Shown piece by piece: positions 1-10,716 of a stretch of 45,604 nucleotides of DNA. The stretch lies in the NCBI GenBank assembly GCA_002688135.1, contig NZCD01000069.1, forward strand, positions 1-45,604, written 5' to 3'. Within the stretch, counting starts at the first letter, position 1; every line of letters begins with the position of its first letter. The position numbers were made by a program, and so were the translations under genes. A model generated the notes under the pieces. The model did no database searches and was not told where the DNA came from. It worked only from the letters and a program-made list of their open reading frames with translations. This stretch comes from Parcubacteria group bacterium (lineage in GTDB: Bacteria; Patescibacteriota; Patescibacteriia; Magasanikbacterales; GCA-002688135).

Positions 1-867
1 TCCTGACGCGATTGCTACAATTGTACTCGAACCGTCTACTAACAGCATTGGAGATCTAGCACCTCCGTCGTACCCGAGATGAACTGTTCCTGATGCATAT
101 ATATCGTTGTATGACAGCGAAGCAGAACCAAGATCAGATGAATTATTTGAATGAGGCATAATGTTACCCGCAATATTCATGGTGCCAGATGCAAAAATAT
201 CGCCATCTTCATCAACTCGAAATTTTTCTGTGCCGCCGACTGCAAGTCCTAGCAATGTGTAATCTGCTGTTGCGGATGAAGGGTTTATATATAAAACTCC
301 ACCAGCAACTTCTGTGCTTGTTGGGGTTCCTGTAAATACAAAATCTCCGTTATCTAGCGCAGCGGGAATGTATGCTCCGGTGCCGCCTGCAGTAGAAGTA
401 GCTAATCCAGAAAGATATAACGCGTTGTATGCAAAGCCTACGTTGTTTAATTGTTTGCGTGGTGTCATTTCTGAATCTGATTCAACTGTAACACCGAGAA
501 AAAGATTGTTTGATTGAAAAATCGTGGGGTCAATTGTGTTTGTATCTGATCCATCCCCTAGGTTTACTGAAAAAATTCCTCCTGTGACAGTTACAGATAC
601 TGCTGTTGGCGTACCACATGTTCCTGAAGCTGTATAAAGACATGAACCACCTGTTGAGGTGTCGTAAATTGAAAATATTATGTTGTAGGTGCTATCTGAA
701 ACCGTTGTTCCTGAATTATCTGATAATTTTCCTTGATAAGTAATAATCCCATCAAATGCGTGTGCGGGTGTTGCATATAGCAGCAATGCAACGCTCGCAA
801 AAACAAAAATCACCACAGCAGATGTGATCTTAAAAATCCATTCGGCTCTTGACAAGAATGGGGGCAT
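1..867 (-). CDS. Large secreted/surface protein, 5' part only (runs off the window start)
   Basis: Not in the ORF track. Manual translation from ATG 867 gives MPPFLSRAEWIFKITSAVVIFVFASVALLLYATPAHAFDGIITYQGKLSDNSG..., open to position 1. Signal peptide ends AHA; YQGKL...EMTPR N-terminal module followed by a Gly/Ser/Thr-rich beta-type region. Confidence 0.75.
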   Translation of the reverse strand, partial: MPPFLSRAEWIFKITSAVVIFVFASVALLLYATPAHAFDGIITYQGKLSDNSGTTVSDSTYNIIFSIYDTSTGGSCLYTASGTCGTPTAVSVTVTGGIFSVNLGDGSDTNTIDPTIFQSNNLFLGVTVESDSEMTPRKQLNNVGFAYNALYLSGLATSTAGGTGAYIPAALDNGDFVFTGTPTSTEVAGGVLYINPSSATADYTLLGLAVGGTEKFRVDEDGDIFASGTMNIAGNIMPHSNNSSDLGSASLSYNDIYASGTVHLGYDGGARSPMLLVDGSSTIVAIASG

Positions 868-1007
868 AATCTCCTTCGAGGTTCTTTATTACCTCCGTCT
901 TATTATAACATAAAAAGATATATTTTTTTATACTTTTTATTTGCTTTCTGTGTATAAAATATACATTGTGTCTTTCCAAATTTAGAGTGAAAAATACTTT
1001 TTAATCA

Positions 1008-1032
1008 GAAAAAACGCCGCTTAGCGTTTTTT
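1008..1032. terminator. Probable intrinsic terminator
   Basis: aaaaaacgc-cgctta-gcgtttttt just past the 1057 stop codon. Confidence 0.55.
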
Positions 1033-1056
1033 CTACTCACTACAAACTACTCACTC

Positions 1057-4000
1057 TTAGGATCCTTTCCCCTCACCAAAATATCCATCTGATTTTGGTA
1101 GTGGTGGCAACTTTGGTGGCGTCACATCTTCCTCATCTTCGTGTGCTCCGAATATGTCGTCTGGATCCTTTTTGTCCTCTGATTTCTTTGGTGGTTCTAC
1201 TGGTAGCGGCGTTGGAGTTGTGAATGCACGTTTTGGTGGAGCAGATTGCGTTTTTTCGGCTTGCACAACTGGTTTTGGAGCAGGTACTGGTTGTTGCGCT
1301 TGTTCTTGTGGTGCTGCTTGCGGTTCTTCTCCACGACCTACCCCTCGCTCTAGCATCACCTTTTCTCCAATGATTGTAGGTTCTTTTTTATCTGTTAGAT
1401 CAAAAACATCACTCTTCTTCTTCATGAACCCTTTCTTTTCATACGTCACATAGTACGTACGTTGAGAAGCAAGAAAAGCATACCTTCCTTTTGCGTCAGT
1501 AAGTTGTGTATCTAGAAGCTTGTTGTATTCGGTGTCGAAAATGCGTGCAACAGTGTAACGCAATGGTTTTCGTACAAATGCATCGAATACGATACCCCAT
1601 TCTTTTGGTTTTTTCGGATATGCAAGTCGTCGAATGAGGAAAAATAATGCAATGTGTGCGAATAATATGAAGATTGTCTTTCCTGATGGAACGATTATCA
1701 CAGACGCAAGCGCCAGTACAATTCCGAGCATTGAAATTCCAACTTGTACTTTTCGGCCAACCGCTTTCATGATTAGTTTCTTGATTGATAAATCATCGGC
1801 TTTTACCGGGTCCAGCGGAATGTTTGGTGCGATTCGATGTGCTTCATTTTCTACTATAATCTCCTCGTTGTGATAAATTTCAGCATACCTTCCATCAAGC
1901 TGCTCATCTTTCACGTATTCTGATGGAAATGAGAATTTATTTTTTGATGCCTCAAGTCGATATGTTCCTTTATCAACGAAAAATGCATAGCGGCCAAGTT
2001 TGTCGGTGATTTTGGTTCTGATAATTCGCCCCTTGTTCACATCAATCAGACGCACGTATGCGAGATCCACTGGATTTTTTGTGAGTGAGTTGTATACAAC
2101 TCCCCAACCTTTTCGCTTGCGTCTGCTGAATAGTAAGAGTGGTTGTGTAAACATGAATTGGAAATAGTGCAACATCGATGGCAAGCCTGTTGCTGCAACT
2201 GTGTTTACTGCAACTGCTGTTGCAACGGTTGGCGCGACAGTTTGCTCTGTTGCATCCTCAACTTCAGGATTTTGTACAAATTTAATAGTTTCGCGCACTG
2301 CAATCTTGGATCCATACGCAACTTTTTCTCCTACGTTTTCAGTCACATTTAATACGTTTTCTAACATGGGCGCTTCCGGGTCGATCACATCTGCTATCTT
2401 TTTTGGAACTCGGAACAAATCAAATGATCTGTTGATTACATTATTTTCCACATCAAATGTAGTTGTTTCAGTTCGATGCCCTGCCTCACTTACTTCTATT
2501 TTGTATCTTCCATTTGGAATCATGAATCCGTACAATCCGTTTCCTGATGTTGAAGTAGGATTTTTTTGACCATATGAAGTCACATCAATATTGTTTCCGT
2601 CTGTGTCCATCAATCTGATTGAAGCCCCTGGAAGTGCAGATAGTGTTCCATCGGTTTTTGATGAGACTAGCCCATATAGTGCTCCACCTATTGTGAAGGA
2701 TGTTGCATCCTCACTGCCATCTGAATATGCAACACGCAAGAATGATGATTCTTGGCCTGCTTTTTTCATCAGAGTTGTGTGATATGATTTGTCACTTTCT
2801 TTAAGCGTGAACGTTTGATCTCCTGTTACTAAAGTAACTGATTGAACCTGCTTGTCTTGCTGCAAATTCTTTTTTGGAACGACAACACTCAAGTCAAAAC
2901 CCGTAAGAACCGTGACTGTGTTTCCTATTGGGTGTAGTTTAATTTCATAAGATGCTGTTGCAAATGACAAGTCATTTATGTCGAAAATATCTTCTTCTTC
3001 CTCACCCCCCAATCCGATAAAGTCCAGTGCATTATCAATTATACCTTCTTCTTCAGGCTCCTCGTCTTCTAATTCTTCTGCAGCTGCGTCAGCTTCAACA
3101 CCCTCGCCCTCACCCTCTTGAGGTGGTGTGAATGGAATATCATCTGGAATACCTGGCTCTATATCATCTGTTTCTGGGAATGCATCTTCATCACATGCAT
3201 CCCCAACCCCATTGGCATCCTTATCAATTTGATCGGGATTGTGTACAAATGGGCAGTTGTCTTCGTCATTTGGAAATCCATCGTTATCTTGATCTGCTGC
3301 AACAGGTTCGTCCTCCAGAGTTGGCTCTATTAAATCACCTTGCGCTAGTGATCCTGATGAAAAATTTCCGGATGTGTCCTCAGTGAATGCAACAAAATAT
3401 ACTACCTTTGGAAACTGCTCTTCTTTTGGTACTGAAACTATGATTCCTGATGATTCCTCTGTTGTAGAAACTAGTGATAATCCGTCTGTAACGCTGTTAG
3501 GTTTTGTGCCGATGTTATAACGAATAATTGTTTTTTCGAAATCAGGTACGTCAGGATTTTTCCACGAAAGAAGTGCTAGCCATGAATAATTGTTTTCACC
3601 AATTGGTTCTGGAATGAGAGTTGCAGCAAAGTTAATTACATTTGGTGGCGCAACAGCATCTTCTAATGTATCAAAGGTTTTTGTTTCAAGTGTTCCGTTT
3701 GATTGTGCGTCTGCAACATAGACCTCGGCCTGATGAGGGGCATTTGATATAAGCCCTACGAATGTTGCGGTGTGGGAGGTGCTTAATCCCTCTGGGTTCT
3801 TTGTGTGTGGTTCAATGGTTTCCTGATTCTGATTTATTACTTGAATAATACTACTGGTTGGCTCGTCTGTAGTTACTGTAATTGATGCAGTTGTTTTTGT
3901 AATGTCAGTAATTTCAAAAGATGTGATGGCTGGTGGTGTAGTGTCTGGTGTTTGGAATGTGCCAACGTCGTGGACAGTTGTACCATAATCTCCTACCGCT

Positions 4001-5016
4001 CGTACTACATAATAATATGTTGTGTCGGGCGATAATTCCGTTAGTGTGACCGCGTGGTTGATTATCTCTGGTTCAAGACTGATCACAATCTCATCATAAG
4101 GACCTTCAGCGATAGTCGACACTCCGACATGCGATCCAACAGCCTCGTCAGTCTGCCAACTCAAAATCCCGCTCGTGTCAGTTACTGATTCATAAGAAAT
4201 ATCGCTAATCACCGGAGGAATTCCAGTTGTGGTTGCACTTGATTCAAATTCTTCTGATTCTGTGTCGGCTACAGATGTAAGTTTGAAAAAATATTCTGTT
4301 AGAGGCTCTAGTTGTGTGACACTAACTCCATGCTCTGTTACTAATTCTCCTGAATATGACACACCGATTTCATACGCCACTGTTTTTCCTAATTCGAGTT
4401 TTGTATCAGACAGCTTATTTGTAATCCATGAGACAACAAGCGTTCCTGCTGTGTCAGTATCTGTTTCAACATTTGATATTATCAGTGGTGTAAAATCTGC
4501 TGCTGGTGTTGTTATAACCACCTCTTCTTGAATTGCTGTTTCCGTATCTGTTGCTGAAGAAATTTTTCCGAAATATGTCACTTCTGGTATCAGGTCTGTT
4601 AAAACCATGATGTGATCGACCAATTCATTTGGATCATATTTTGAACCCAGCTCGTAGTTGAGTGTTGTCCCCCATTCCACCTGCGAATCCGATGCTTTGT
4701 TAGTTACCCATTCAACCTTCATGGATGTACCTGACAACGGCGTTACCAAGACATTTGAAACAGCCAATGCAGCCGGCTGATCTGGATCTGGAGGATCTTG
4801 ATCTGGAGGTTCTGGGTCTGCAGGCGGATCTGGTTGACTTGGTGCACCTCCACCACCAGCAGGCACTTCAGCTTCTACTGTTACATTTCCTGTGCTGGTT
4901 GAAATAATTTGCGAATGAGCATCCTGCACTCCTGTGTTCATCATCGCCAAGAATCCCAGCGTGATTGCTGCTAATACTATGTATGTTTGAATGCTCTGTG
5001 TTAATCGTTTGATCAT
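1057..5016 (-). CDS. Large membrane-anchored surface protein (FN3-like repeats, thrombospondin type-3 repeat, carboxypeptidase-regulatory-like domains)
   Basis: Signal/TM N-terminus; repeated WxTN/D..S.V.[WY]G...H...L..L.P...Y units; [34 protein letters not shown]; TDxxGRYAF repeats flanking TM helices. Confidence 0.8.
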   Translation of the reverse strand: MIKRLTQSIQTYIVLAAITLGFLAMMNTGVQDAHSQIISTSTGNVTVEAEVPAGGGGAPSQPDPPADPEPPDQDPPDPDQPAALAVSNVLVTPLSGTSMKVEWVTNKASDSQVEWGTTLNYELGSKYDPNELVDHIMVLTDLIPEVTYFGKISSATDTETAIQEEVVITTPAADFTPLIISNVETDTDTAGTLVVSWITNKLSDTKLELGKTVAYEIGVSYSGELVTEHGVSVTQLEPLTEYFFKLTSVADTESEEFESSATTTGIPPVISDISYESVTDTSGILSWQTDEAVGSHVGVSTIAEGPYDEIVISLEPEIINHAVTLTELSPDTTYYYVVRAVGDYGTTVHDVGTFQTPDTTPPAITSFEITDITKTTASITVTTDEPTSSIIQVINQNQETIEPHTKNPEGLSTSHTATFVGLISNAPHQAEVYVADAQSNGTLETKTFDTLEDAVAPPNVINFAATLIPEPIGENNYSWLALLSWKNPDVPDFEKTIIRYNIGTKPNSVTDGLSLVSTTEESSGIIVSVPKEEQFPKVVYFVAFTEDTSGNFSSGSLAQGDLIEPTLEDEPVAADQDNDGFPNDEDNCPFVHNPDQIDKDANGVGDACDEDAFPETDDIEPGIPDDIPFTPPQEGEGEGVEADAAAEELEDEEPEEEGIIDNALDFIGLGGEEEEDIFDINDLSFATASYEIKLHPIGNTVTVLTGFDLSVVVPKKNLQQDKQVQSVTLVTGDQTFTLKESDKSYHTTLMKKAGQESSFLRVAYSDGSEDATSFTIGGALYGLVSSKTDGTLSALPGASIRLMDTDGNNIDVTSYGQKNPTSTSGNGLYGFMIPNGRYKIEVSEAGHRTETTTFDVENNVINRSFDLFRVPKKIADVIDPEAPMLENVLNVTENVGEKVAYGSKIAVRETIKFVQNPEVEDATEQTVAPTVATAVAVNTVAATGLPSMLHYFQFMFTQPLLLFSRRKRKGWGVVYNSLTKNPVDLAYVRLIDVNKGRIIRTKITDKLGRYAFFVDKGTYRLEASKNKFSFPSEYVKDEQLDGRYAEIYHNEEIIVENEAHRIAPNIPLDPVKADDLSIKKLIMKAVGRKVQVGISMLGIVLALASVIIVPSGKTIFILFAHIALFFLIRRLAYPKKPKEWGIVFDAFVRKPLRYTVARIFDTEYNKLLDTQLTDAKGRYAFLASQRTYYVTYEKKGFMKKKSDVFDLTDKKEPTIIGEKVMLERGVGRGEEPQAAPQEQAQQPVPAPKPVVQAEKTQSAPPKRAFTTPTPLPVEPPKKSEDKKDPDDIFGAHEDEEDVTPPKLPPLPKSDGYFGEGKGS

Positions 5017-5019
5017 AAA

Positions 5020-5931
5020 CTACAATCGTATTTTTCTTATGATTACCCAACCCGCACCCAGCAACAGCATGACCCACAATAAGGGTGTATAGATAATGAA
5101 TCGAGATGATGCTCCTTCGCTCTCACTAAAACCATTTAGCTGCAACTCTGCTTCGTATAATCCAATCGCAAATGGATTGAGTGTTTCATACCATTTTGAA
5201 TTTTCTTTCCAATACTGGGTAATGGTGCGATGCGAGCGAGGCAAAACTTTGTTTAAATCGTCGTTTACTGTGACGACATGCTTTGTTTTTGTAAATAAAT
5301 TTGTAATGGATATGATTCCTTGGGGCGTTGTGTGAATTGATCCGGTATTATTCATGCTGAATGAAAGTTCGACGGGAAAACCTACGATGGTTTTTGGCTG
5401 CGCATTAAACTCACTAATCTCACGCGTTGTCCTCATCTCCCCTTCTATAGTGATGAAATGTAATACACCTACTTCATTTGAATTTCCGATTGTGGCATTT
5501 TCAGCTGGTCTTGTTTTTGCAAATACTGCTGCGTAATATCCTCCTGGTTGTGCATCTGGCGGTGTTGTAATCGAAATAGGAATGAGTTTTGTTTCCCCTG
5601 GTTCTAGAACGATCTCATTTGAAGGCACCTTAAACCATCTTACAGGAAGTGCGTTTTCATTATTGATGAACTCTGGTACTCCTTCTATATTTCCAGCCTC
5701 AAAAGCTTGTGCGCGGAATGTGATTAATTCGATAAAACTTTCCTGATTGCTTACTTCAATAGTAAATTCATGTACTGATCCAGCCTCCATTACAATATCA
5801 TTTAGAAATGGCTTCACTCCAAGCGCATCCACTTTGGTTGCTATCATTACCACCATCATCGCCACCATCCATATAGCACTACGTAATAAACTCACGAATT
5901 GACTGTATTTTTTTTGCTTCAAATTTATCAT
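5020..5931 (-). CDS. Cell-surface protein, DUF916/WxL-interacting-like, with C-terminal TM anchor
   Basis: Signal peptide; LEPGETKLIPISITTPPDAQPGGYYAAVF; NTGSIHTTPQG; C-terminal hydrophobic stretch plus basic tail. Confidence 0.65.
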   Translation of the reverse strand: MINLKQKKYSQFVSLLRSAIWMVAMMVVMIATKVDALGVKPFLNDIVMEAGSVHEFTIEVSNQESFIELITFRAQAFEAGNIEGVPEFINNENALPVRWFKVPSNEIVLEPGETKLIPISITTPPDAQPGGYYAAVFAKTRPAENATIGNSNEVGVLHFITIEGEMRTTREISEFNAQPKTIVGFPVELSFSMNNTGSIHTTPQGIISITNLFTKTKHVVTVNDDLNKVLPRSHRTITQYWKENSKWYETLNPFAIGLYEAELQLNGFSESEGASSRFIIYTPLLWVMLLLGAGWVIIRKIRL

Positions 5932-5979
5932 AAATCCGTAGCTTCATCCCTCCTTTTGCTTTGATTCATCTACTCTTAA

Positions 5980-6627
5980 TTAAAAATTCGATACGGTAGA
6001 AAATGTGACGATGTGTGAATATGAGCCAGCAGTGGTTGAACCTGAAATTGCGGCCTTAAAATACACAGCCGTAGACTCTGATGTCACTGGATCACTGGCG
6101 CTTGCTATTATAGTTAAGGCTGATGAAATTCCAACATCTGAACTATTATACTGGCCTGATGTTCCCGCAGTACCTAATCCGTATTCCTCGGAACCTATTG
6201 TTACCTCCCCATCGGCCACCGCATCAATGGTTGCAGCTCCATCACTTAACGGCTGATCCTCACTTGCTCTGATGGTGTATCCAGACATGGCATCCGACGT
6301 GACAATGATTTCGATTCTACCCTGCGTTAAAGTAATGGTTGAAAGTGTGCCTAAATCTACCGAACCTGCTGACACTGATGCACTTAATACCCCATCCTGA
6401 AAGGCACCAACTATCCCATCATTAACCTGATAATTTGTACTTGTTGAGGTGTCACTTCCTATCACTCCGATATCATCTTTCAAAGAATAATTCGTTGATG
6501 TTGAGCGTGCACCCGAACCAAACGAATCAAGTTGCATGTGATAGTTTGTTGATGACATTGTTTCTGCCCATGCCGCATATGGCATGAGTAACATTGCTGT
6601 GAGAAGTATGTATATTCTGCATTTCAT
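5980..6627 (-). CDS. Secreted Ser/Thr-rich protein, WxL-like C-terminus
   Basis: Signal peptide AWA; duplicated STSTNY motif; terminal AGSYSHIVTF resembles a WxL-type last strand. Confidence 0.55.
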   Translation of the reverse strand: MKCRIYILLTAMLLMPYAAWAETMSSTNYHMQLDSFGSGARSTSTNYSLKDDIGVIGSDTSTSTNYQVNDGIVGAFQDGVLSASVSAGSVDLGTLSTITLTQGRIEIIVTSDAMSGYTIRASEDQPLSDGAATIDAVADGEVTIGSEEYGLGTAGTSGQYNSSDVGISSALTIIASASDPVTSESTAVYFKAAISGSTTAGSYSHIVTFSTVSNF

Positions 6628-6638
6628 AATCGGTCCTA

Positions 6639-7421
6639 TTATAGCACGAATTTTTTAAATGACTCACTACTTGATGCTTCCCACAAAACATTCCACAAAG
6701 ACTTGAGTTGTCCAACCACCATTGCATCCGTCATGTAGGTTACATGATACTGACCTGATTTTCTGTACAAATATATAACTGTTGATCCTAAAATAATGCT
6801 ATTTGTAGGAAATAGTTCTGTACCAGACCACTTTCTTACGTGCAGAGGTGGTTGGTGAATTGTGATGTCTGGCTGTGTAATTTCTTTTGAAAAAGATAGG
6901 ATGTGAATCGGGACATCGATGTTGTGTGTAAACGCAAGGTCTTGGAGAATATCGATAAAAGGAACCGTTGTTCTTCTGTCTGCGTATGCCCAACCTTTGA
7001 GCGCGGTGAGTGTGTCGATTTGTACTAGTGAATCAAATTTTTCTGAAATGTGTGACACCGCGACTTCGAGTGATTCAAATTGGTGGCGCGAGGCGTATTC
7101 ATAATCATCTTCAGCGTGGAGCTGCTCAATAACTCGTTGGGTAGCTTTTTTCTTTTCTTTTACTCGAGCTGCTTCTTTTTGAACGATAGATTCTAATACA
7201 TGTGGTGACTGTGGTGTAAACGACGTTCCGTTTGTATGCGTTGTGACGGAAATAAGTCCTTTTTTCGACAGCTCCTTAGTTGCACTATATACAGTGGTTC
7301 TGTTCACTCCTGTTGCTGATGAAACATCATTTGGCGTCGCTGTACCTGAATCGAGCAGCCAAACATAAATGGCTGCCTCTGTTTTTGTGAGTCCTACAGT
7401 GAGTAGATCTTGTTCTAACAT
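6639..7421 (-). CDS. TrmB-family transcriptional regulator
   Basis: LLTVGLTKTEAAIYVWLL...TGVNRTTVYSATKELSKKGLI winged-helix N-terminus. Confidence 0.85.
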   Translation of the reverse strand: MLEQDLLTVGLTKTEAAIYVWLLDSGTATPNDVSSATGVNRTTVYSATKELSKKGLISVTTHTNGTSFTPQSPHVLESIVQKEAARVKEKKKATQRVIEQLHAEDDYEYASRHQFESLEVAVSHISEKFDSLVQIDTLTALKGWAYADRRTTVPFIDILQDLAFTHNIDVPIHILSFSKEITQPDITIHQPPLHVRKWSGTELFPTNSIILGSTVIYLYRKSGQYHVTYMTDAMVVGQLKSLWNVLWEASSSESFKKFVL

Positions 7422-7549
7422 GATTGGGTATGAACCAGTTAGTTTTCGGTTTTTCCCTATTTATATGGTTCCGGGTCGAAGGTTGATGCCAATTGAACCG
7501 CACTTTTCCTCCGCTACGCTGCGGGAGGTTGCGCCGCTTCGCCACTATT

Positions 7550-7600
7550 GTCATCCCGGCACTATCGCTTCGCTCCAGCACAGGCTCCGGCCGGGATCCA
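7550..7600. repeat. Nested palindromic repeat (GTCATCCCGGC...CCGGGATCCA); related copy in opposite orientation at ~8699-8750
   Basis: Reverse complement tggatcccggccggagcctgtgctgg...agtgccgggatgacaa aligns with tctcggccggagtttatgctgg...agtgccgggatgacaa. Confidence 0.7.
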
Positions 7601-7773
7601 TAATGAGGATTCGTGGTACGTCGCTGCCGCTCCAATGGATAGGGATCTTATAGCTTAGAAGTTTGCTTCTCCGAAGCAAATTCATGACTTATAGTAACGG
7701 CAAACTATATTCCGCTATCGCTACATATAGGTTTGCCTAAGTGCTATTGCTGTGCGTGGTAAACTGGCAAAGT

Positions 7774-7879
7774 TGTTGAAGGTACTTCAACAGGTATTTG
7801 AAGCTAAATTTAGTATAGCAAAGTGTAAAATAATGTCAAATTGTTGAAGGTACTTCAACACGAATTACTCTAAATTTAG
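7774..7879 (-). promoter_or_regulatory. Leftward sigma70 promoter flanked by two identical palindromic operators
   Basis: Minus-strand TTGACA-16-TATACT (7839-7812); TGTTGAAG-GTA-CTTCAACA at 7774-7792 and 7842-7860, each followed by CTAAATTTAG. Confidence 0.7.
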
Positions 7880-8036
7880 CGACGGGTTGTGAAGTAAATG
7901 CAATAACTACCATAACACCGAGACTCGGAGTTGAAGTCGATTCAACATGAAAAAGCTTCACATGAAACACCTAATTTGAATGAATCAAATAAAAAATCCG
8001 ATATATTATCGGATATTAGACTTCAAGCCTTAAATA

Positions 8037-8624
8037 CTACGTTCCGCGTGAAACATCACCCTGACCAGCTAATGTTTTGTGGATTTTATGAATTACAGAA
8101 GCATAATCGATGTTTTCAGGGAATGTTGTGTCTACCTGCAGAACTTCCCCCTCAACTTCCAGCACAGGAGCTTTATTTATCTCGAATCTGGCGAATATCT
8201 CATCTTCGGCAAGTTCATCTCTGTGTCCTGGATGCCTTTGGCCCTCTGAAACCCTGCTTTGAAATCTCTTCATTAATATTCTCTTTTCCGCCCAACAAAC
8301 AATCTGTAATACTCTACATCCGGTATTGACCATAATCTCTTGTACTTTTTCTGAATCTACAGATGGATCGAAGTTACTTTCAACAATAATCCATGCTCCT
8401 GATTTCATCAGAACTTCGATTACAGTGTAGACCATCAAGTAACTTGCGGCGCCGACCTTCTTTGACCAATCTCTGTCTCCTGTTCCCATTTTGTCGAATA
8501 GGCCCTCTTTTATTTCGTCCCTACTGATAAGCGGAACCTGCATTGTTTCTGATATTCGCTTGGCGAGTGTCGATTTTCCGCTTGCTGAAAGCCCGCCGAC
8601 TAGTACTAGAACACCTTGTGTCAT
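8037..8624 (-). CDS. P-loop kinase/AAA_33-like protein
   Basis: Walker A GGLSASGKST; ISRDEIKE; IIVESNF; RHPGH. Confidence 0.8.
   Translation of the reverse strand: MTQGVLVLVGGLSASGKSTLAKRISETMQVPLISRDEIKEGLFDKMGTGDRDWSKKVGAASYLMVYTVIEVLMKSGAWIIVESNFDPSVDSEKVQEIMVNTGCRVLQIVCWAEKRILMKRFQSRVSEGQRHPGHRDELAEDEIFARFEINKAPVLEVEGEVLQVDTTFPENIDYASVIHKIHKTLAGQGDVSRGT
8040..8055. promoter_or_regulatory. parS-like site (further candidates at 7954-7969 and 9006-9021)
   Basis: CGTTCCGCGTGAAACA, AGCTTCACATGAAACA and TGTTTCACGTGTAACT versus the consensus TGTTNCACGTGAAACA; all near the origin. Confidence 0.65.
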
Positions 8625-8894
8625 TTTATCTCCTTTAAGTGACTGTCTCCCGATTGGACTTTTGCCAATATTTCATATTGATGTTCAAATTTTCATGCAT
8701 CTCGGCCGGAGTTTATGCTGGCGACGCCAGTGGCAGTGCCGGGATGACAACCCTTTGCCTTAGCTCTCACTAAAGTTTCAAAACTAAAAGGGTGAATTTC
8801 GCCCTATCGGATGACCGCCCGATAGGGTGGGATCACTCAATCTGAAAATTTATGACTAAAAGCCTATCGTGCGACAACTCCTTTATTACCCCTA

Positions 8895-8967
8895 TGTCCC
8901 CAAGAGGAGTCGAACCTCTATCTCCACCTTAGGAGGGTGGCATTCTATCCGGTTGAATTATGGGGAC
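8895..8967 (-). tRNA. tRNA-Arg(CCT)
   Basis: GTCCCCA...CCACC-CTCCTAA-GGTGG...GGTTCGACTCC...TGGGGAC-A cloverleaf; CCA not encoded. Confidence 0.95.
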
Positions 8968-8976
8968 TTAACGTAG

Positions 8977-9090
8977 TGTGGATATTTTGTGGATAGTGTG
9001 GATAATGTTTCACGTGTAACTTTTTATCTCAATAAATTTAAGCTTTTTATTCCGTACTCTTATGCACAGGTCTGGATGGCTAGTGGATAA
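8977..9090. promoter_or_regulatory. DnaA-box cluster remote from dnaA
   Basis: TGTGGATAT 8977, TGTGGATAG 8988, TGTGGATAA 8997, AGTGGATAA 9082; AT-rich tract at ~9130-9175. Confidence 0.65.
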
Positions 9091-9217
9091 TCTTCTCAAA
9101 ATACTATGTGTGAAACAATATGTGAAACAATTGTATTGATTATTTTAAAATAAGTAAAATAATATTTTTATTTCGTACACACGTCATGAAACGCAGCTTG
9201 TGTTATAATGATGCCCT

Positions 9218-10195
9218 ATGAATACTCTATCAATTATCTTTGGTGCTGTCAGCTTGCTTGCTATTGGACTTCTTTTATATGTTCTTCGAGAAATTCGCGC
9301 ACTTCATCATTCTCATATGTCTGATAAATCGTCTGAATTACTAAATCAGAATGTGCAGAGCATGCATCAACGATTGGATGCAGCCACAAAAATACTTAAT
9401 GAACGTCTTGATGCTTCACATAAAACCATGCTTAACAGTCATGAGTCAATGTCTAAGGTGATGGGAACTGTCGGACAAGAATTAGGAACAGTTAAGGAAA
9501 TCGGACATCAATTATCAAAGTTTCAGGAATTTCTGAATTCTCCAAAACTTCGCGGAAACTTAGGGGAACATATTTTATACGATTCTCTCGCAAAAATCTT
9601 ACCGAAAGATGCTTTTACACGCCAGCATACATTCAAGACAGGAGCATGTGTAGACGCGCTTATTATAACAGATAAAGGCCATATTCCTATTGATTCTAAG
9701 TTTCCGATGGAGGATTTTCAGGCTTTGGCTAAGTGTGAGGATGAAAAGGAAATCGCGCGATTGCAATCTGCATTTAATCGAAGTTCTAAAAAACATGTTG
9801 ATGCGATTAGCAATAAATATATCTTGCCAGCAGAAGGGACTGTGGACTTTGCATTGATGTATGTTCCTGCAGAGCAAGTTTATTATGAGATGGTTAGCGG
9901 GGATCATGGAGTTGCTGCATATGCTCAACAAAAGAAGGTGATTATGGTTTCACCAAACACATTCTTCCATTTCCTTCGTGTGGTGTTGATGGGACTTGAA
10001 CGATCCAAAGTTAATGACGAGGCCGAGAAAGTTTGGAAAATGCTAACCTCGCTCCAGCATGATTTCACCAAATTTGGTAAACAAATCGACATCTTGCAGA
10101 AGCATATCTCCCATGCCAGCTCTGCCGTTGAAGGCGTTTCATCTGACTATACAAAGATTGGCTTGAAGTTTGACAATATCAAGCAATTAGATTAG
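9218..10195 (+). CDS. rmuC: DNA recombination protein RmuC family
   Basis: N-terminal TM helix, coiled coil, PKLRGNLGE, IPIDSKFP, KYILPAEGTVDFALMYVPAE. Confidence 0.92.
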   Translation: MNTLSIIFGAVSLLAIGLLLYVLREIRALHHSHMSDKSSELLNQNVQSMHQRLDAATKILNERLDASHKTMLNSHESMSKVMGTVGQELGTVKEIGHQLSKFQEFLNSPKLRGNLGEHILYDSLAKILPKDAFTRQHTFKTGACVDALIITDKGHIPIDSKFPMEDFQALAKCEDEKEIARLQSAFNRSSKKHVDAISNKYILPAEGTVDFALMYVPAEQVYYEMVSGDHGVAAYAQQKKVIMVSPNTFFHFLRVVLMGLERSKVNDEAEKVWKMLTSLQHDFTKFGKQIDILQKHISHASSAVEGVSSDYTKIGLKFDNIKQLD

Positions 10196-10222
10196 AATTG
10201 TCTGGAATTTGATCATCCACTT

Positions 10223-10285
10223 GTCATTCCCGCGAAGGCGGGAATCCACAGAAGGAACCTGGATTCCCGCCTTCGCGGGAATGAC
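10223..10285. repeat. REP/dRS3-like inverted doublet (ATTCCC-N8-GGGAAT)
   Basis: gtcattcccgcgaaggcgggaatcca...tggattcccgccttcgcgggaatgac; single arms at ~19633, 24013, 24771, 24819, 27452, 28811 and 39609. Confidence 0.9.
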
Positions 10286-10351
10286 ATATTATTGAGTATT
10301 GGATGAACTTTACTGTGTCTCGTAAATTTCACACAATATTTAAACAAATCT

Positions 10352-10630
10352 ATGGCAAATACATCAGAAAGAAAGAGTGCAGGCCTCAAAGCTGTCCGCT
10401 CTGACAAAAAACGTGCTGCACGCAATGCCGCTCAAAAAGGCGCAATAGAAGTACAAGAGCGCATGATGAAAAAAGCAATCGTTGCAAAAGATTCAGAAGC
10501 TATCAAGAAAATCCAACTCGGATTGCAGAAGCTCTACGACAAAGCAACAAAAAATAACATCATGCATAACAAAACTGCGGATCGTAAAAAATCTCGATTA
10601 GCAAAACGTGTTGCAACCACAACAAAATAG
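10352..10630 (+). CDS. rpsT: 30S ribosomal protein S20
   Basis: MAN...KSA..KAVR...RAARN; DKATKNNIMHNKTADRKKSRL. Confidence 0.9.
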   Translation: MANTSERKSAGLKAVRSDKKRAARNAAQKGAIEVQERMMKKAIVAKDSEAIKKIQLGLQKLYDKATKNNIMHNKTADRKKSRLAKRVATTTK

Positions 10631-10633
10631 TTT

Positions 10634-10659
10634 AAAAAATCGCCTTTCGGCGGTTTTTT
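10634..10659 (+). terminator. Intrinsic terminator after rpsT
   Basis: aaaaatcgcc-tttc-ggcggtttttt. Confidence 0.75.
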
Positions 10660-10716
10660 ATTTGATTTTGTCTATGATGAGCCTTATACTTTGTATCTAG
10701 ATATCACAATCATTTT

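Noticed and set aside
7466-7500. tRNA 3'-end/att remnant (minus strand ...ccttcgacccggaacca)
   Set aside because: No proper T arm or matching 5' strand, and no integrase nearby.
7422-7740. RNase P RNA or SRP RNA
   Set aside because: Only a loose gaggaaaagt match; other conserved motifs are absent and much of the region is repeat-derived.
10213-10425. Short ORFs containing SFPRRRES / WIPAFAGMT (also 24413-24846 and 39564-39773)
   Set aside because: They are translations of palindromic repeats.
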